The position numbers were made by a program, and so were the translations under genes. Below are positions 39,740 through 50,303 of a stretch of DNA of 64,000 nucleotides, piece by piece. The notes below the pieces were generated by a model that worked only from the letters and a program-made list of their open reading frames with translations, made no database searches and was not told the DNA's origin. Source of the stretch: Candidatus Melainabacteria bacterium 17Bon1m (lineage in GTDB: Bacteria > Cyanobacteriota > Vampirovibrionia > Obscuribacterales > Obscuribacteraceae); contig JAVLKG010000008.1 in the NCBI GenBank assembly GCA_032128875.1, positions 211,212-275,211 of the forward strand, read 5' to 3'. How positions within the stretch are numbered: the first letter of the stretch is position 1; every line of letters begins with the position of its first letter.

Positions 39740-39967
39740 GGTTTCTTTCTCCACAGGTTAAGGCACCCGTTGGTTTGGTTAGGGTGCCGTTTCACTACAG
39801 AGAGCATCCAAGCGACTGGAAGCTCTCACCAATTTGTTGATGACCACGGGAGGCGTCAGCAGGCAGGCGTTCCGCACCATACCTGTGTCGCTCTGTCACC
39901 GCCCGTGGTGAGCCATACTATGCAGAACCCCGCGGACAGAGTTCTTCGGCTTGCGCCTTCGGCTGCC

Positions 39968-40375
39968 TTACGCTGCCTGCGCCACGGCAACAGCCTCACG
40001 GCTGTAGACCGAGGTGGGCAGGCAGATCGTCCGCCGATGAGACCCGGAGGGTCCCAGGTTTTCCTTGTGCGAATTGAAGACACCGATGACCAGCCGCTCG
40101 CCAGCCACCAGGGAGGGAACCTCCGCGGTGGGGACGAACTGCGTGTCGCCGGGCGCCACTTCGCGCAGGACGCACTCGGTGAGCGTGTACTCGGTGAGCG
40201 GCCCTTGCGGGTCGCAGACCGTACGCTCGTGACTGTTGGACGGGCCGTCCTTGACGATGTCCGTCGTGAAGTCGCCGTGGAACAGCTTCTCGCCCGAGAC
40301 GAGGTGTACCGCGTCTTCGACCGGGATGTACTGCGGAATGCCACGGACGTTTCTGAGTACGCAATTGCGCTTCAT
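39968..40375 (-). CDS. Hypothetical protein
   Basis: AAGGA RBS; co-oriented. Confidence 0.65.
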   Translation of the reverse strand: MKRNCVLRNVRGIPQYIPVEDAVHLVSGEKLFHGDFTTDIVKDGPSNSHERTVCDPQGPLTEYTLTECVLREVAPGDTQFVPTAEVPSLVAGERLVIGVFNSHKENLGPSGSHRRTICLPTSVYSREAVAVAQAA

Positions 40376-40486
40376 AGGTGATACTTCCTTTCTATTTGAC
40401 TTTTCTTGTCTGTACTGAGCAGGTGGTGCCACTACGAGTGACACCACCTCCAAGCTAGGGGCGCCCGCCGAAGCGGTGCCGCTCAC

Positions 40487-42391
40487 CTACTTGCACGCCT
40501 TGCCAGTCTCGCGATGCCAGCACATGCGACGCCCGGGACGGCGGTGCATGACGCGCGGCAGCTTGAAACTGACCTCCACCCGCGCCTTGGAGCATGCGCC
40601 CTTGTTCCAGCCGAGCACGGACTTGTCGACCTTGAGCGTGCCGGCGAGCTTTTCGAAAGCCGCCTTCAGCTCATCGGTCATCTTGCCCGCGTCGACGGCA
40701 CCGGCGTATGCGTCCAGGAGCCTGTTCTGAGCCAACCAGGCATCGAAGTTGATGCCCAGCTTGCTCGCTTTCTGGATGAGAGCATCCAGGTGTTCCACGT
40801 CCTTCGCCCGGTAGAGTGAGCTGTGGAACATCAGCTGCAGTTCGCCTGCAACTGCTTGCGGCTTGACCAGCTGGTCCCAGACGCCCTGTCCGTTGCCGAA
40901 TTGCGCAAGGTTGCACTGGGCTTCCTTGAGCTCGGCGACGAACCTGGCTTCCAGGTCCTGCAGGTCAGCGCTGTCGAACTGCATCGCCAGCTCGATTGCC
41001 CGAGCCGCGTAACGCAGGTTTTGCACAGGTTCCAACCCGGCGATGTCGTCGAAGAACCAGGCGCAGCTCGTGAACATCAGCATGCCGAAGCGGCTCATCT
41101 CCATGAGGCTGATCGCCTTCTGGAAAGTCTCGCTCTGCAGCAGGTCCACGTGCTTGCCGTGTTTGCCTTGCGACTCCGCCTGGCTGAACACCGCCGCTTT
41201 CGCGTGGGTGCGGAACCAGTTGGCTGCGGTCTTGCCGTCCAGCAGCACGTCGATGTAATCGTTGCGTGCCGCCCAGGGGTCGTTGAAGAGCTTGCGCCCT
41301 TCGCGGTCGAACAGCGAGTCGAGCTGTGCGCGCAGGTGGTTGAGCCCATCGCGCAGCGGCTTACGCCACTGCTGATGCCACTTGCCATTGGCGCCCGAAT
41401 TGCAGCCGCAGTTGCTGCGCCAACGCTCGACACCGTGAGAGCAGCTCCAGGAGCTGTTGTCCCACACTTCCGCTTCCATGGTCGGCGGATGCAGCGCCAG
41501 GAAGTTGCCGTAGCTGGTCAGCTCGATTTCGGGGTCCTTCTCGAGCTGGTCGAACACCCACGCCAGGCACATCTCGCCGTGCTTGTGGTGATGCCCGAAG
41601 GTCTCACCGTCGACGGAGATGTGCATCAGCTGCGGATGCTGCCGGCTGTCGTTGAACCCTTCGAGGATGCGACCACGGAACTTCTCGCCCGACTCCAGCA
41701 GCTTCTCGAAAGCCACCGCCTGCGAGACGGGACCATCGTAGAAGAACACCGCAATCGTGCGACCGGACGGCAGGTTCACCTGGTAAGCCTGCGACGGGTC
41801 AACGCCGCCGTCTTGCTGCCAGTTGGTCTCGCCCTTCTTGCGCCAGCGCTTTGCCTGACGCGGTGCGAGCACGGTGAACTTGATGCCTTCGGCGGCGAGC
41901 GCCTCGAGCGTCTCGACGTCCACAGCCGTTTCCGCCAGGTGCATGCCTTCCGGCTTGCGGTGGAAGAACGACTCGAACGTTTTCACGCCCCAGACGGTCT
42001 GGGTCTTCTTGTCGCGGTCATGGCACAGCGGCATGATCGCGTGGTTGTACACCTGAGCGATCGCGTTGCCGTGACCGTTCATGCGCTCGCAACTGAGCCG
42101 GTCGCCTTCGACGACAGAGTTGAGCGTCTCGGGCGCGAAGTCGGCCATCCAGGTGAGCAGCGTGGCGCCGATGTTGAACGAAGCGCCGGTGTAGTTGTTG
42201 TGGATGCCGATGACGTTGCCGCCACCATCCATGATGCGGGCGCGACCGTTGGTCGCGTAGCATTCGCGGTCGATGCGGGCGTTCCAATTGGGGAACGGTG
42301 CCGCCGACGGTTGCCGCTCGATCTTGCCCGTGTAGGGAGATTCACGTGGCGGCTGGTAGTTGTGCATGTGCACACAGACGTATTTCTTCAT
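40487..42391 (-). CDS. Glycoside hydrolase family 57 / DUF3536 protein
   Basis: HMHNYQPPRE, QVYNHAIMPL, GMHLAETAVD, DGETFGHH, WSCSHGVERW, MFTSCAWFFDD; GGAGG RBS. Confidence 0.88.
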   Translation of the reverse strand: MKKYVCVHMHNYQPPRESPYTGKIERQPSAAPFPNWNARIDRECYATNGRARIMDGGGNVIGIHNNYTGASFNIGATLLTWMADFAPETLNSVVEGDRLSCERMNGHGNAIAQVYNHAIMPLCHDRDKKTQTVWGVKTFESFFHRKPEGMHLAETAVDVETLEALAAEGIKFTVLAPRQAKRWRKKGETNWQQDGGVDPSQAYQVNLPSGRTIAVFFYDGPVSQAVAFEKLLESGEKFRGRILEGFNDSRQHPQLMHISVDGETFGHHHKHGEMCLAWVFDQLEKDPEIELTSYGNFLALHPPTMEAEVWDNSSWSCSHGVERWRSNCGCNSGANGKWHQQWRKPLRDGLNHLRAQLDSLFDREGRKLFNDPWAARNDYIDVLLDGKTAANWFRTHAKAAVFSQAESQGKHGKHVDLLQSETFQKAISLMEMSRFGMLMFTSCAWFFDDIAGLEPVQNLRYAARAIELAMQFDSADLQDLEARFVAELKEAQCNLAQFGNGQGVWDQLVKPQAVAGELQLMFHSSLYRAKDVEHLDALIQKASKLGINFDAWLAQNRLLDAYAGAVDAGKMTDELKAAFEKLAGTLKVDKSVLGWNKGACSKARVEVSFKLPRVMHRRPGRRMCWHRETGKACK

Positions 42392-42662
42392 GATGATAAG
42401 TCCTCCAACCCGGTGTTTAACTGCGCGCAACTCCCGGGCGGAGCCACGCGCCGTCAGCGATTCTTCTGTCGCTGGCGTTGGATGAAGAATTGAGACGTCA
42501 TCGCCTGCCTCTCTTTCGAGCGGTTGTGCGAGGGCGCCTGTGATTTAGTTCGCGATTAACTTCCACTTGGTCGCTTCACCTTTGCCACAAGCGCCCCATG
42601 CAAGCTGGAAAACAGGCAAGCGTTGCCGCCCGCCCGTCTTCCAACCTGCGCTTCAAGCTCCC

Positions 42663-44132
42663 TCAGGCTGCCTTTTCGCCTTTGGGAGGACCGGTTTGCT
42701 GAGGTGGATCCACCTCTTCTTCCGGTTCGATCAGCTGGATGATCTTTTCGAGCTCCGCCTTGCAGACGTCGTTCTCGAGAACATCGCTGATGCGCAGCAA
42801 CGTCAGCCCCTCGTACGCACCCGAGTTACCAGGCAGCGCAAGAGCAGACCGCATCAAGTCCCAGGACTGCGGCTTCGGCAAGGTGAAGTTGAGAGCGTTC
42901 TCGCCCTTCACCGGCACACCCTGCCGCTTCGCTTCCGCACCCACCCAACGCACCAGAGAGTTCGCCAGTGACATCGCCTTCTTTCCGTCGGCGCCGTCAG
43001 GCATCTCCAGGCAGGTGAAGTGCAGGATGACCCGCGTGTGTTTCGCCTGGCTGTTCAGTGCGGAGAAAAGAGACACGATTGACTTGTAACCGTGACCCTC
43101 TTCATCCGACGTCCAGTCAGCCGTTTTCACGGTGATCAGTCCAGCGGGAATCTCCGCCAGACGGTCCGACATGACGACCTTGCCGTCGAGCCACTCGCCC
43201 ATCTTCCAGTGAACGCCGGGAATCTTCGCACCGAGTTCCACGCCCTTGAAGGAGCTGGTGTCGGTATCGAAAACGCCGAGCGCGGCAGTCATGACCGTGC
43301 GGCCATGCGCCAGAAGAGCTTCGTGGTACCACTGCATGAGGTCGCGTCCGTAGACCGTCTTCACGTGCTGCTTGCGCTTGAAGAAGTCGCTCGCATCGAC
43401 AGGAGGAGCCACGTCCTCCGGTCCCATTTCGGCAAGTCCCCACGCCTTCGCGACCTCGGACTCGACACCGTACTTCTCCATCACCCAGGCGCGGAACGAC
43501 GCGATCGCCAGCTGCGAGTAGCACTGGAGGGCGCCGCGGTTCGGCCAGTTGGAGTTGTCGGCATCCGTGTACGAGGGGTAGCGAAGTTCGCCGGCCGGTC
43601 CGAGCGAGACGTTAATCTCGGCGATGTGCTCGGCAATGTCTGCGAACTCCGCAGCAAACGCCTCGAACAACGCAACGTACGAGTCGATGATCAGGTGCGT
43701 TGCAAACGCGGAGACGACCTCCACGCAAGCATTGCCCTTCTCACTGACGTACTGGACCGCCTCTGCCTTGCCCGACGGGACAAGCTTCGCCAACTTCGGA
43801 AAGACCCATTCCGGGATAGGAACGTAGTTCTTTCCGTCGCCGACGTTGCCGCCACACTGGTGCAGCGAGAGGATGGGAACAACCTTGAGTCCAGCATCGA
43901 TGATGAGCTGGAAGAGGGTGCGGTAGTACGAGAAGTCGAACTTGCCTTCTACCGCGTTGACCAGTCCCCACCAAACGTCGATGGAGACGCCTTGGACCTT
44001 GCGAGCTTTCGCGTCGGCAAGCCAGAAGCTGAACTTTTCGAGCTCAGCACGTGAAGCGTCACTCCCCATATCGGCTGGTGTACCGACGAGAAGCGGCGCC
44101 ATCACGTTGATCGTGATGTGTTTGATTTTCAT
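42663..44132 (-). CDS. Beta-amylase (glycoside hydrolase family 14), no signal peptide
   Basis: VMAPL, DVWWGLV, HQCGGNVGD, GPAGELRYPSY (catalytic Glu), KIPGVHW, FTCLEM, GENAL (catalytic Glu). Confidence 0.92.
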   Translation of the reverse strand: MKIKHITINVMAPLLVGTPADMGSDASRAELEKFSFWLADAKARKVQGVSIDVWWGLVNAVEGKFDFSYYRTLFQLIIDAGLKVVPILSLHQCGGNVGDGKNYVPIPEWVFPKLAKLVPSGKAEAVQYVSEKGNACVEVVSAFATHLIIDSYVALFEAFAAEFADIAEHIAEINVSLGPAGELRYPSYTDADNSNWPNRGALQCYSQLAIASFRAWVMEKYGVESEVAKAWGLAEMGPEDVAPPVDASDFFKRKQHVKTVYGRDLMQWYHEALLAHGRTVMTAALGVFDTDTSSFKGVELGAKIPGVHWKMGEWLDGKVVMSDRLAEIPAGLITVKTADWTSDEEGHGYKSIVSLFSALNSQAKHTRVILHFTCLEMPDGADGKKAMSLANSLVRWVGAEAKRQGVPVKGENALNFTLPKPQSWDLMRSALALPGNSGAYEGLTLLRISDVLENDVCKAELEKIIQLIEPEEEVDPPQQTGPPKGEKAA

Positions 44133-45054
44133 AATGTCGCCTTTCAGGTTTTACGCGTCGGTACGAACGGCTGCAGCGAGCTGCCGAGGGCACTGACGTA
44201 GCTGTTAGAAACGAGTCGTGTTGCGCAACCGCGCGCAACTGTCAGGAATCCAACTCAGCCACGGCAAATGGGCCTGGCAGATGGGGAACAACGCGCATCA
44301 ACCGAAACAAAAACGCCCCTGTGACGTTGGCGTCAGAGAAGCGTTGGATGAATGGCTGATGCTGTATTGGCTTTGGGCTGTTTTACGTTTTCCGCGAAAG
44401 AAAAAAGAGTTGTACGTACATCCTTAGCGGTTTGATTGTTGTCAAGCAATAGCAATTACATAACTACTACTGGCCGTGATCGCAGATAGGGCTTATTTAT
44501 AGAAGACCGTTCTATGAGCTTTTTTGGGCTAGTCAACAAGATAAGTGCTTAAGACCTATGGAGCTAAAACTAGAGACGAGGTTGTCAATTAATCGAGGTT
44601 AATAGTTATCGAGGTTAGCGATGGCTCATTTTTTGCCAGCTGTGCGAGGTTTGTTGTTGCCAAGCTAATCTTCGCAATCCGTTGCATCGTTACGACAATA
44701 AATAGTTGTTTCACGACACGTTTTCATGACCTTGGAAATTTGGTTTTATCCCACCATGCGACCTTAATTGAGTCGCTACAAGCTCGCGCTAAATATCACA
44801 ACTTAATACGCGACGCATGGCGTCGCCTTACGGAGTAGGAATGAACTTACCTCTTGAAAAAAGCTGAGACGGTGCCTCAGTTCGCGTCAATAACTGGCAT
44901 CCATGAAAAGAGCAAAACCGGCCACTATTCGCGCTCTCATGATGTTCGATTTCCAAGCACTTAGGATTCTCTTTAGTCTCTCGGGCAAGAGTGTTCTTCT
45001 GGAAGAACGCTAAAAACTCTTGTCTGACCATTCGTTCTATGACAAGGAGTTTCT

Positions 45055-46611
45055 GTGCAGTTTCCTCGTACCAGCGGCATACTCGTTCACCCGACATCAT
45101 TCCCCAGTGCTTACGGCATCGGTGATTTGGGCCAAGAAGCTTTCGAATTTATAGACTTTCTTGCCGACTCCGACCAGCATCTCTGGCAAGTGCTTCCGCT
45201 TGGTCCGACAGGTTATGGGGACTCCCCCTATCAGTGTCTTTCGGCATTCGCCGGCAACCCGCTTCTCATCAGCCCCGACAAGCTCGTCGAAGAGGGCTTT
45301 CTCGAAGAAGACGACTTAAAACCCTTGCCCCGATTTGCAGCAGAGAAAGTCAGCTTCGGCAAAGTCATCGAGTACAAAAAACCCCTTCTCGATCGCGCTT
45401 ACGAACGTTTCAAAAATACGACAGACACGACATTACGCGCGGAATTTCTTGCGTTTTCACAAAGAGCCGCCAGTTGGCTCGATGACTATGCGCTCTTTCG
45501 CGTCTTAAAGGATGAGCACGGCGGCAATTCCTGGGACAAATGGGAGCCAGCTTACGCACAGCGCGATCCGGCCGCGCTTTCGTTAATTGCCGACCTTCAC
45601 AGAGAGCGCATCGAGGCCGAGAAGTTTGTGCAGTATCTGTTTTTCAAACAGTACGCCGCACTGAAAAACTATTGCGGGCAAAAACGCATCAGCATTGTCG
45701 GCGACATGCCGATTTTTGTCGCCTACGATTCGTCGGATGTTTGGACGCATCCTGAATATTTCAAATTGAATGAAACCGGAGTGCCTACTGTGGTTGCAGG
45801 AGTGCCGCCGGATTATTTCAGCGCTACCGGTCAGCTCTGGGGCAACCCGATTTACGACTGGGACTACATGATCAAAGACAATTTTTCCTGGTGGATAAAC
45901 CGCATTACTCACGCGCTGGAAACAACGGATATTGTTCGCATCGATCACTTCCGCGGTTTTGCCGCTTGCTGGGAAATTCCATATGGTGAGAAAACCGCTC
46001 AGAATGGGCGTTGGGTAGAGACACCGGGCAAAGAGTTTTTCACCGCACTAATCAATGCACACCCTGATGTGCCGATTATTGTCGAGGATTTAGGGGTGAT
46101 CACACCTGATGTGGAAGCGCTTCGTGACGGCTTTGGCTTCCCGGGCATGCGCATTTTGCAGATGGCTTTTCGCAGCGATGCATGCAATATAGATCTGCCG
46201 CACAACTACATTCCAAACTGTGTCGTGTACACAGGAACGCACGATAACGACACAATCGTAGGCTGGTATCAGAGCAAACCAGGCGAAGGGTCCACACGTG
46301 ATGCGCAGCAAATCGAAGGCGAGCGCAAGACTTGTTTGCGTTACTTGAGATCGAACGGAAAAGAGATTCACTGGGATTTCATCGAAGCGGCATTCGCATC
46401 AGTTGCCGGAATTGCCATTGTCCCACTGCAAGACATACTTGGATTGGGCTCGAAAGCGCGCATGAATTTGCCTGCCAGCCAGGAAGGAAACTGGCTCTGG
46501 CGCTATAAAGAAGGTGCGCTAACACCAGAGATTGCCGCGCGCATGAAAGAACTGACAGATCTATATAGCAGGAACAACGCATTTAATACCGCATCTGGTT
46601 CACGCCATTAG
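45055..46611 (+). CDS. malQ: 4-alpha-glucanotransferase (amylomaltase, GH77)
   Basis: SGILVHPTS, WQVLPLGPT, GVPPDYFSATGQLWGNP, RIDHFRGF, EDLG, YTGTHDNDT, NWLWR; GTG start after AAGGAG. Confidence 0.95.
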   Translation: MQFPRTSGILVHPTSFPSAYGIGDLGQEAFEFIDFLADSDQHLWQVLPLGPTGYGDSPYQCLSAFAGNPLLISPDKLVEEGFLEEDDLKPLPRFAAEKVSFGKVIEYKKPLLDRAYERFKNTTDTTLRAEFLAFSQRAASWLDDYALFRVLKDEHGGNSWDKWEPAYAQRDPAALSLIADLHRERIEAEKFVQYLFFKQYAALKNYCGQKRISIVGDMPIFVAYDSSDVWTHPEYFKLNETGVPTVVAGVPPDYFSATGQLWGNPIYDWDYMIKDNFSWWINRITHALETTDIVRIDHFRGFAACWEIPYGEKTAQNGRWVETPGKEFFTALINAHPDVPIIVEDLGVITPDVEALRDGFGFPGMRILQMAFRSDACNIDLPHNYIPNCVVYTGTHDNDTIVGWYQSKPGEGSTRDAQQIEGERKTCLRYLRSNGKEIHWDFIEAAFASVAGIAIVPLQDILGLGSKARMNLPASQEGNWLWRYKEGALTPEIAARMKELTDLYSRNNAFNTASGSRH

Positions 46612-46730
46612 TAGATTTGCGCTTGGCCCTAAACGCAGCTATACATGCGGGTTTTCAAACTTCCATTAAGCAAGACTCAGAAACCTAGCGCAAACCTTAA
46701 CCAGCTATCACAAACTGCGCGAACCTTCGT

Positions 46731-46760
46731 AAATCCCCTCCTATCAGCGGGGGGATTTTT
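46731..46760 (+). terminator. Intrinsic terminator after malQ
   Basis: AAATCCCCTC...GGGGGGATTTTT stem with T-run. Confidence 0.7.
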
Positions 46761-47149
46761 GCATTTAATTGTCCGTGGCCTGATCAAGATCTGATCTAAA
46801 ACCATGCTGGGAGCTGTTTTTCAGATAGCTATCGAAATTCACACGTTTCATGAAGGCTCCACGAAAAGTTTCTTTCAAATAAGAACGCGCGGACAGTAGG
46901 TTCCTAGTTACCTCATATCTCTTTTCTCACTAGACAAGTTCGTCCAAACTCCAATCAAAAGCTAAATCACGCATAAGCGAAAGCACCTGCCCTCCTGTAT
47001 TTCGGGAGTAAGCAGACAACAGCTTTCATTCGTGCGCGAGGCAGATTTGCAGGAGTTGGGTGGATTTGTGCTTGTGAGTGGTGGTGAGGCGTCCTGTTCA
47101 AAGCGTTTGAACAGGCTACTTTCTGTCCCCCTCAAGGGAAAGGATTTGT

Positions 47150-47518
47150 ATGCAAAGCTCTGAAACCGATGGATTCCAGGGAGCGATTCTCGTCGCGCAG
47201 CGAGACGTCGAGGCTCTTTTCGCCTTCAGCGAACGGATCAGCCTGGAACCAGTCACCAAGGACACCACCAACTGCGCCGACCTGGACACCAACAGCGAGT
47301 TCACCCAGCTGACGAAAGCGGCTGAGACCTCGCTGCAGGCGGCGCTCGACGACGTGGACGGTCCGACGCTGACGCACTTCGACACGGCTCTCGACGAGTT
47401 GCGTCTGGCGCGTCTGCACTACTTCCGCAACGTGGCCGAAAACCGCGCCAACAGCCACTTCCACGTCGACAACGCGCACATTGCGTTCGCCCGCGGCATC
47501 AGCGAGTTCATGAACTGA
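47150..47518 (+). CDS. Hypothetical protein
   Basis: AAGGA RBS; biased codons. Confidence 0.75.
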   Translation: MQSSETDGFQGAILVAQRDVEALFAFSERISLEPVTKDTTNCADLDTNSEFTQLTKAAETSLQAALDDVDGPTLTHFDTALDELRLARLHYFRNVAENRANSHFHVDNAHIAFARGISEFMN

Positions 47519-47667
47519 ACCCGGCTGATGCGGCACCAGCTTAGAAGCTGGTTTGTACCTTTTGCAGCCGCGAGCAATAACGCCCGCGGCTGCGGTTCTC
47601 AGTTGGGATGGCGCTTTACGGTTGAACGCCCTCTCTAATCAACTCTCAACCGATGAGGAAAGAACAC

Positions 47668-49548
47668 ATGATCTTCAGTTCCGAATTCTGGCCCATCGCC
47701 CTGCTCTGGGCGACCATGGCCGCAGCAGTGGGAGCGTTCCTGGCGTTCTCCGGCGGCAATCGCGTCACCGAAGGCAGCTACCGGCGCGAAGGTAAGACGA
47801 TCAAGGCATCTTCTCTGGCGACCGCGTCCGGCATCGTCACCTTCGTGGTGGCACTGTTGGCGGTGCGCTTCCTGATGTACTACCTCCAACCCTCCTTCCA
47901 AGGGACGTGGTTCGGCTACTTCCCCATCATCCTCTTCTCGATGGTTCCGGCCTTCGCGATCGGGATGCTTTTCGGGGGGCACGCCACCAAGCGCGGCTGG
48001 ATCGCCACTGTGCTCTTCGTAGTCGTCTTCTTCGGCGGCTCGCTGGGTCACAAGATGTACAGCACCTGGGGACCGGGCAACGCGCAGCGCTATGCGGCGC
48101 TCGCCAACATCCGCACGGCCGCTGCCAACGAGACGATTCCGCCGACCGACCCTAACAAGATGGTGCAGGTCGACAAGAACATCGCCGCGTTCAAGGGTCA
48201 GACCGCGCTCACCAGCACGGCTCAGAACCTGGGCAGCCGCTTCAAGATCGACCCCAACAGCTACGTTCTGCAGGCAGTGCAGGGCCACCGCTACTGGATC
48301 GCGCCGCTCATCTTCTCCAACACGGCGGATGACTTCTGGGGACCGCTCACCGGCAGCCTGTCGGAGAGCCCCGGCTACGTCGTGGTGGACGCGCAGAACC
48401 CGGACAAGGATGCCTGGGTGAAGCTCGACTACCACATGACGCTGCTCGAGAATGGCTCGTTCAGCCAGAACCTGACGCGCCACCTCTACCAGAACGGCTA
48501 CAACAATGGCTTCTTCGTCGAGACCAAGTTCGAGGTCGATGACGACTGGAAGCCGCACTACATCGTCACCTACGCTAAGAACACCTTCGAAGGCGTCGGC
48601 GGCCGCGTCATCGACAAGGTGATCGTGGTCGACGTCAGCACTGCCACTGCCAGCGTGAAAGACTACGCCCTCGGTCAGGAGCCGGCCTGGGTGGAACGCG
48701 CCATGCCTCTGTCGCTGCTGCAAGGCTACGTCGAGGACTGGGGCTATTACAACAACGACTACGCCAAGCAGAATCCCTGGTACGTCTTCTTCGGCTTCCG
48801 CAAGGATGGTTCGATCAAGCCGTCCGAGTACGACATGAACTACACCACCGACAGCCACAGCGTGTGGGTCATTCCAATGACTTCGGTCAACGGCACGGAC
48901 CATGCGGTGACGGGCATCGTGGTGTACGAGACGACCAAGAACGAGGCGGTTTTCTTCCCGGGCGTGCGTGGCTTCAACACCGGCAACACGGTGGCCGAGA
49001 CCATCGCGCATGCGCCTGTTTTCCTGGGCAAGAACCTCTCGGTCGACCAGGTCCAGCTCTACAGCATCTACGGTGAGCTGACCTGGGTCGCCGTGATCAC
49101 CAACCCGCAGGGCTCGATGAAGGGCTTCGCCGGCATCGCGCTCCTGCACGCACACGGTCAGAACGCCTCGGAAGTGGTGTTCGCGCCGAACATGGGTCTG
49201 GCGCTCAGCCAGTACCGCTCGCAGCTGGCTCGCCAGCAGGGCAACCATGGAAACATCTCGCGCTCCAGCGAGGTGAAGGAAGTGCGCGGCAAGGTTGTCG
49301 GCTTCGGCATCGTCCCGGGCAACATGCAGCAGCCCAACACCTGGACCATCCAGGTCGAAGGCGAGCCGGCACGCATCTTCAGCGTGACGCGCGACAGCTA
49401 CGCCAAGATTCAGATGGTGCATGAGGGCGACAACGTCGTCATCACGTACATCGAGGTCGATGGCGCAGAGCTGGCGGCAAGCTCGGTCAAGGTCGAGCGT
49501 CTGGACGGCCCGCTGCCTGCCAAGGCGGCTCCGGTCGAGAAGAAGTAA
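47668..49548 (+). CDS. Membrane protein with large extracytoplasmic domain (function unknown)
   Basis: Four N-terminal TMs; soluble region with SPGYVVVDA, NLTRHLY, FEVDD, PAWVER; GAGGA RBS. Confidence 0.85.
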   Translation: MIFSSEFWPIALLWATMAAAVGAFLAFSGGNRVTEGSYRREGKTIKASSLATASGIVTFVVALLAVRFLMYYLQPSFQGTWFGYFPIILFSMVPAFAIGMLFGGHATKRGWIATVLFVVVFFGGSLGHKMYSTWGPGNAQRYAALANIRTAAANETIPPTDPNKMVQVDKNIAAFKGQTALTSTAQNLGSRFKIDPNSYVLQAVQGHRYWIAPLIFSNTADDFWGPLTGSLSESPGYVVVDAQNPDKDAWVKLDYHMTLLENGSFSQNLTRHLYQNGYNNGFFVETKFEVDDDWKPHYIVTYAKNTFEGVGGRVIDKVIVVDVSTATASVKDYALGQEPAWVERAMPLSLLQGYVEDWGYYNNDYAKQNPWYVFFGFRKDGSIKPSEYDMNYTTDSHSVWVIPMTSVNGTDHAVTGIVVYETTKNEAVFFPGVRGFNTGNTVAETIAHAPVFLGKNLSVDQVQLYSIYGELTWVAVITNPQGSMKGFAGIALLHAHGQNASEVVFAPNMGLALSQYRSQLARQQGNHGNISRSSEVKEVRGKVVGFGIVPGNMQQPNTWTIQVEGEPARIFSVTRDSYAKIQMVHEGDNVVITYIEVDGAELAASSVKVERLDGPLPAKAAPVEKK

Positions 49549-49730
49549 ACGCGCCTAGTCGCGCGCAACACGGACAAGCCGTTCCTTCCGGAGCGGCTTG
49601 TCTCTTTTAGGCAACCGCACCGCCCATGGTGCTGTTCAAACCAGCGCCGCCAGATCTCGCATCTGAACGCGTAAATGTTCAACGTAAACCAGCAGGGCAA
49701 CGAAGCGTTGCCTTGCAAAAAGGACAGAAA

Positions 49731-50303
49731 ATGAACAACTCCAATTCGCTCGTCAACTACGGTATCAAGCTCGGCATCGCGGCATTCGTCATCGCCCTGC
49801 TGAGCAACGCCGCCCAATCGCTCGCCATCTACGTCGGCGGCAACGGTCTCACCGACCAGCCCGGCGGCGTCCTGGCGCTCAGCCTGGGCAGCTTCGTCAT
49901 CGGCACGCTGTTCTCGACGGTGGTGCACTTCTTCATCTTCTGCGTCGCCTCCGTCATCGGCGTGGTGCTCTTCGGCATCGTCCGCGGTGCGCGCAGCAAG
50001 AGCGGCGATGTCGGCACACCCACTCCGACCGGCGCCAGCAACGCGGCATTCGCGAGCTTCCTCAAGAAGTTCGTTCTCGCCGTCGTCACCGTCGCCGTGC
50101 TCGTCTCCGGCTACCAGGCGATCGGTCTCTACGTCGTGCTGTCCGCGGTCAGCCAGGCGGCTGGTCTCATCGTGCTCACCACGGTGCTGACCTTCATCGT
50201 CGGGCTCATCTACGGCATCGCCGTGTTCGGCTTCATCGGGCTCGTCGCCACGGTGATGATCGGCTTCCTGCTCGCCTTCTTCGGCGGCGGCAGCAAGAAG
50301 TAA
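49731..50303 (+). CDS. Multi-pass membrane protein
   Basis: Highly hydrophobic; AAGGA RBS. Confidence 0.75.
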   Translation: MNNSNSLVNYGIKLGIAAFVIALLSNAAQSLAIYVGGNGLTDQPGGVLALSLGSFVIGTLFSTVVHFFIFCVASVIGVVLFGIVRGARSKSGDVGTPTPTGASNAAFASFLKKFVLAVVTVAVLVSGYQAIGLYVVLSAVSQAAGLIVLTTVLTFIVGLIYGIAVFGFIGLVATVMIGFLLAFFGGGSKK

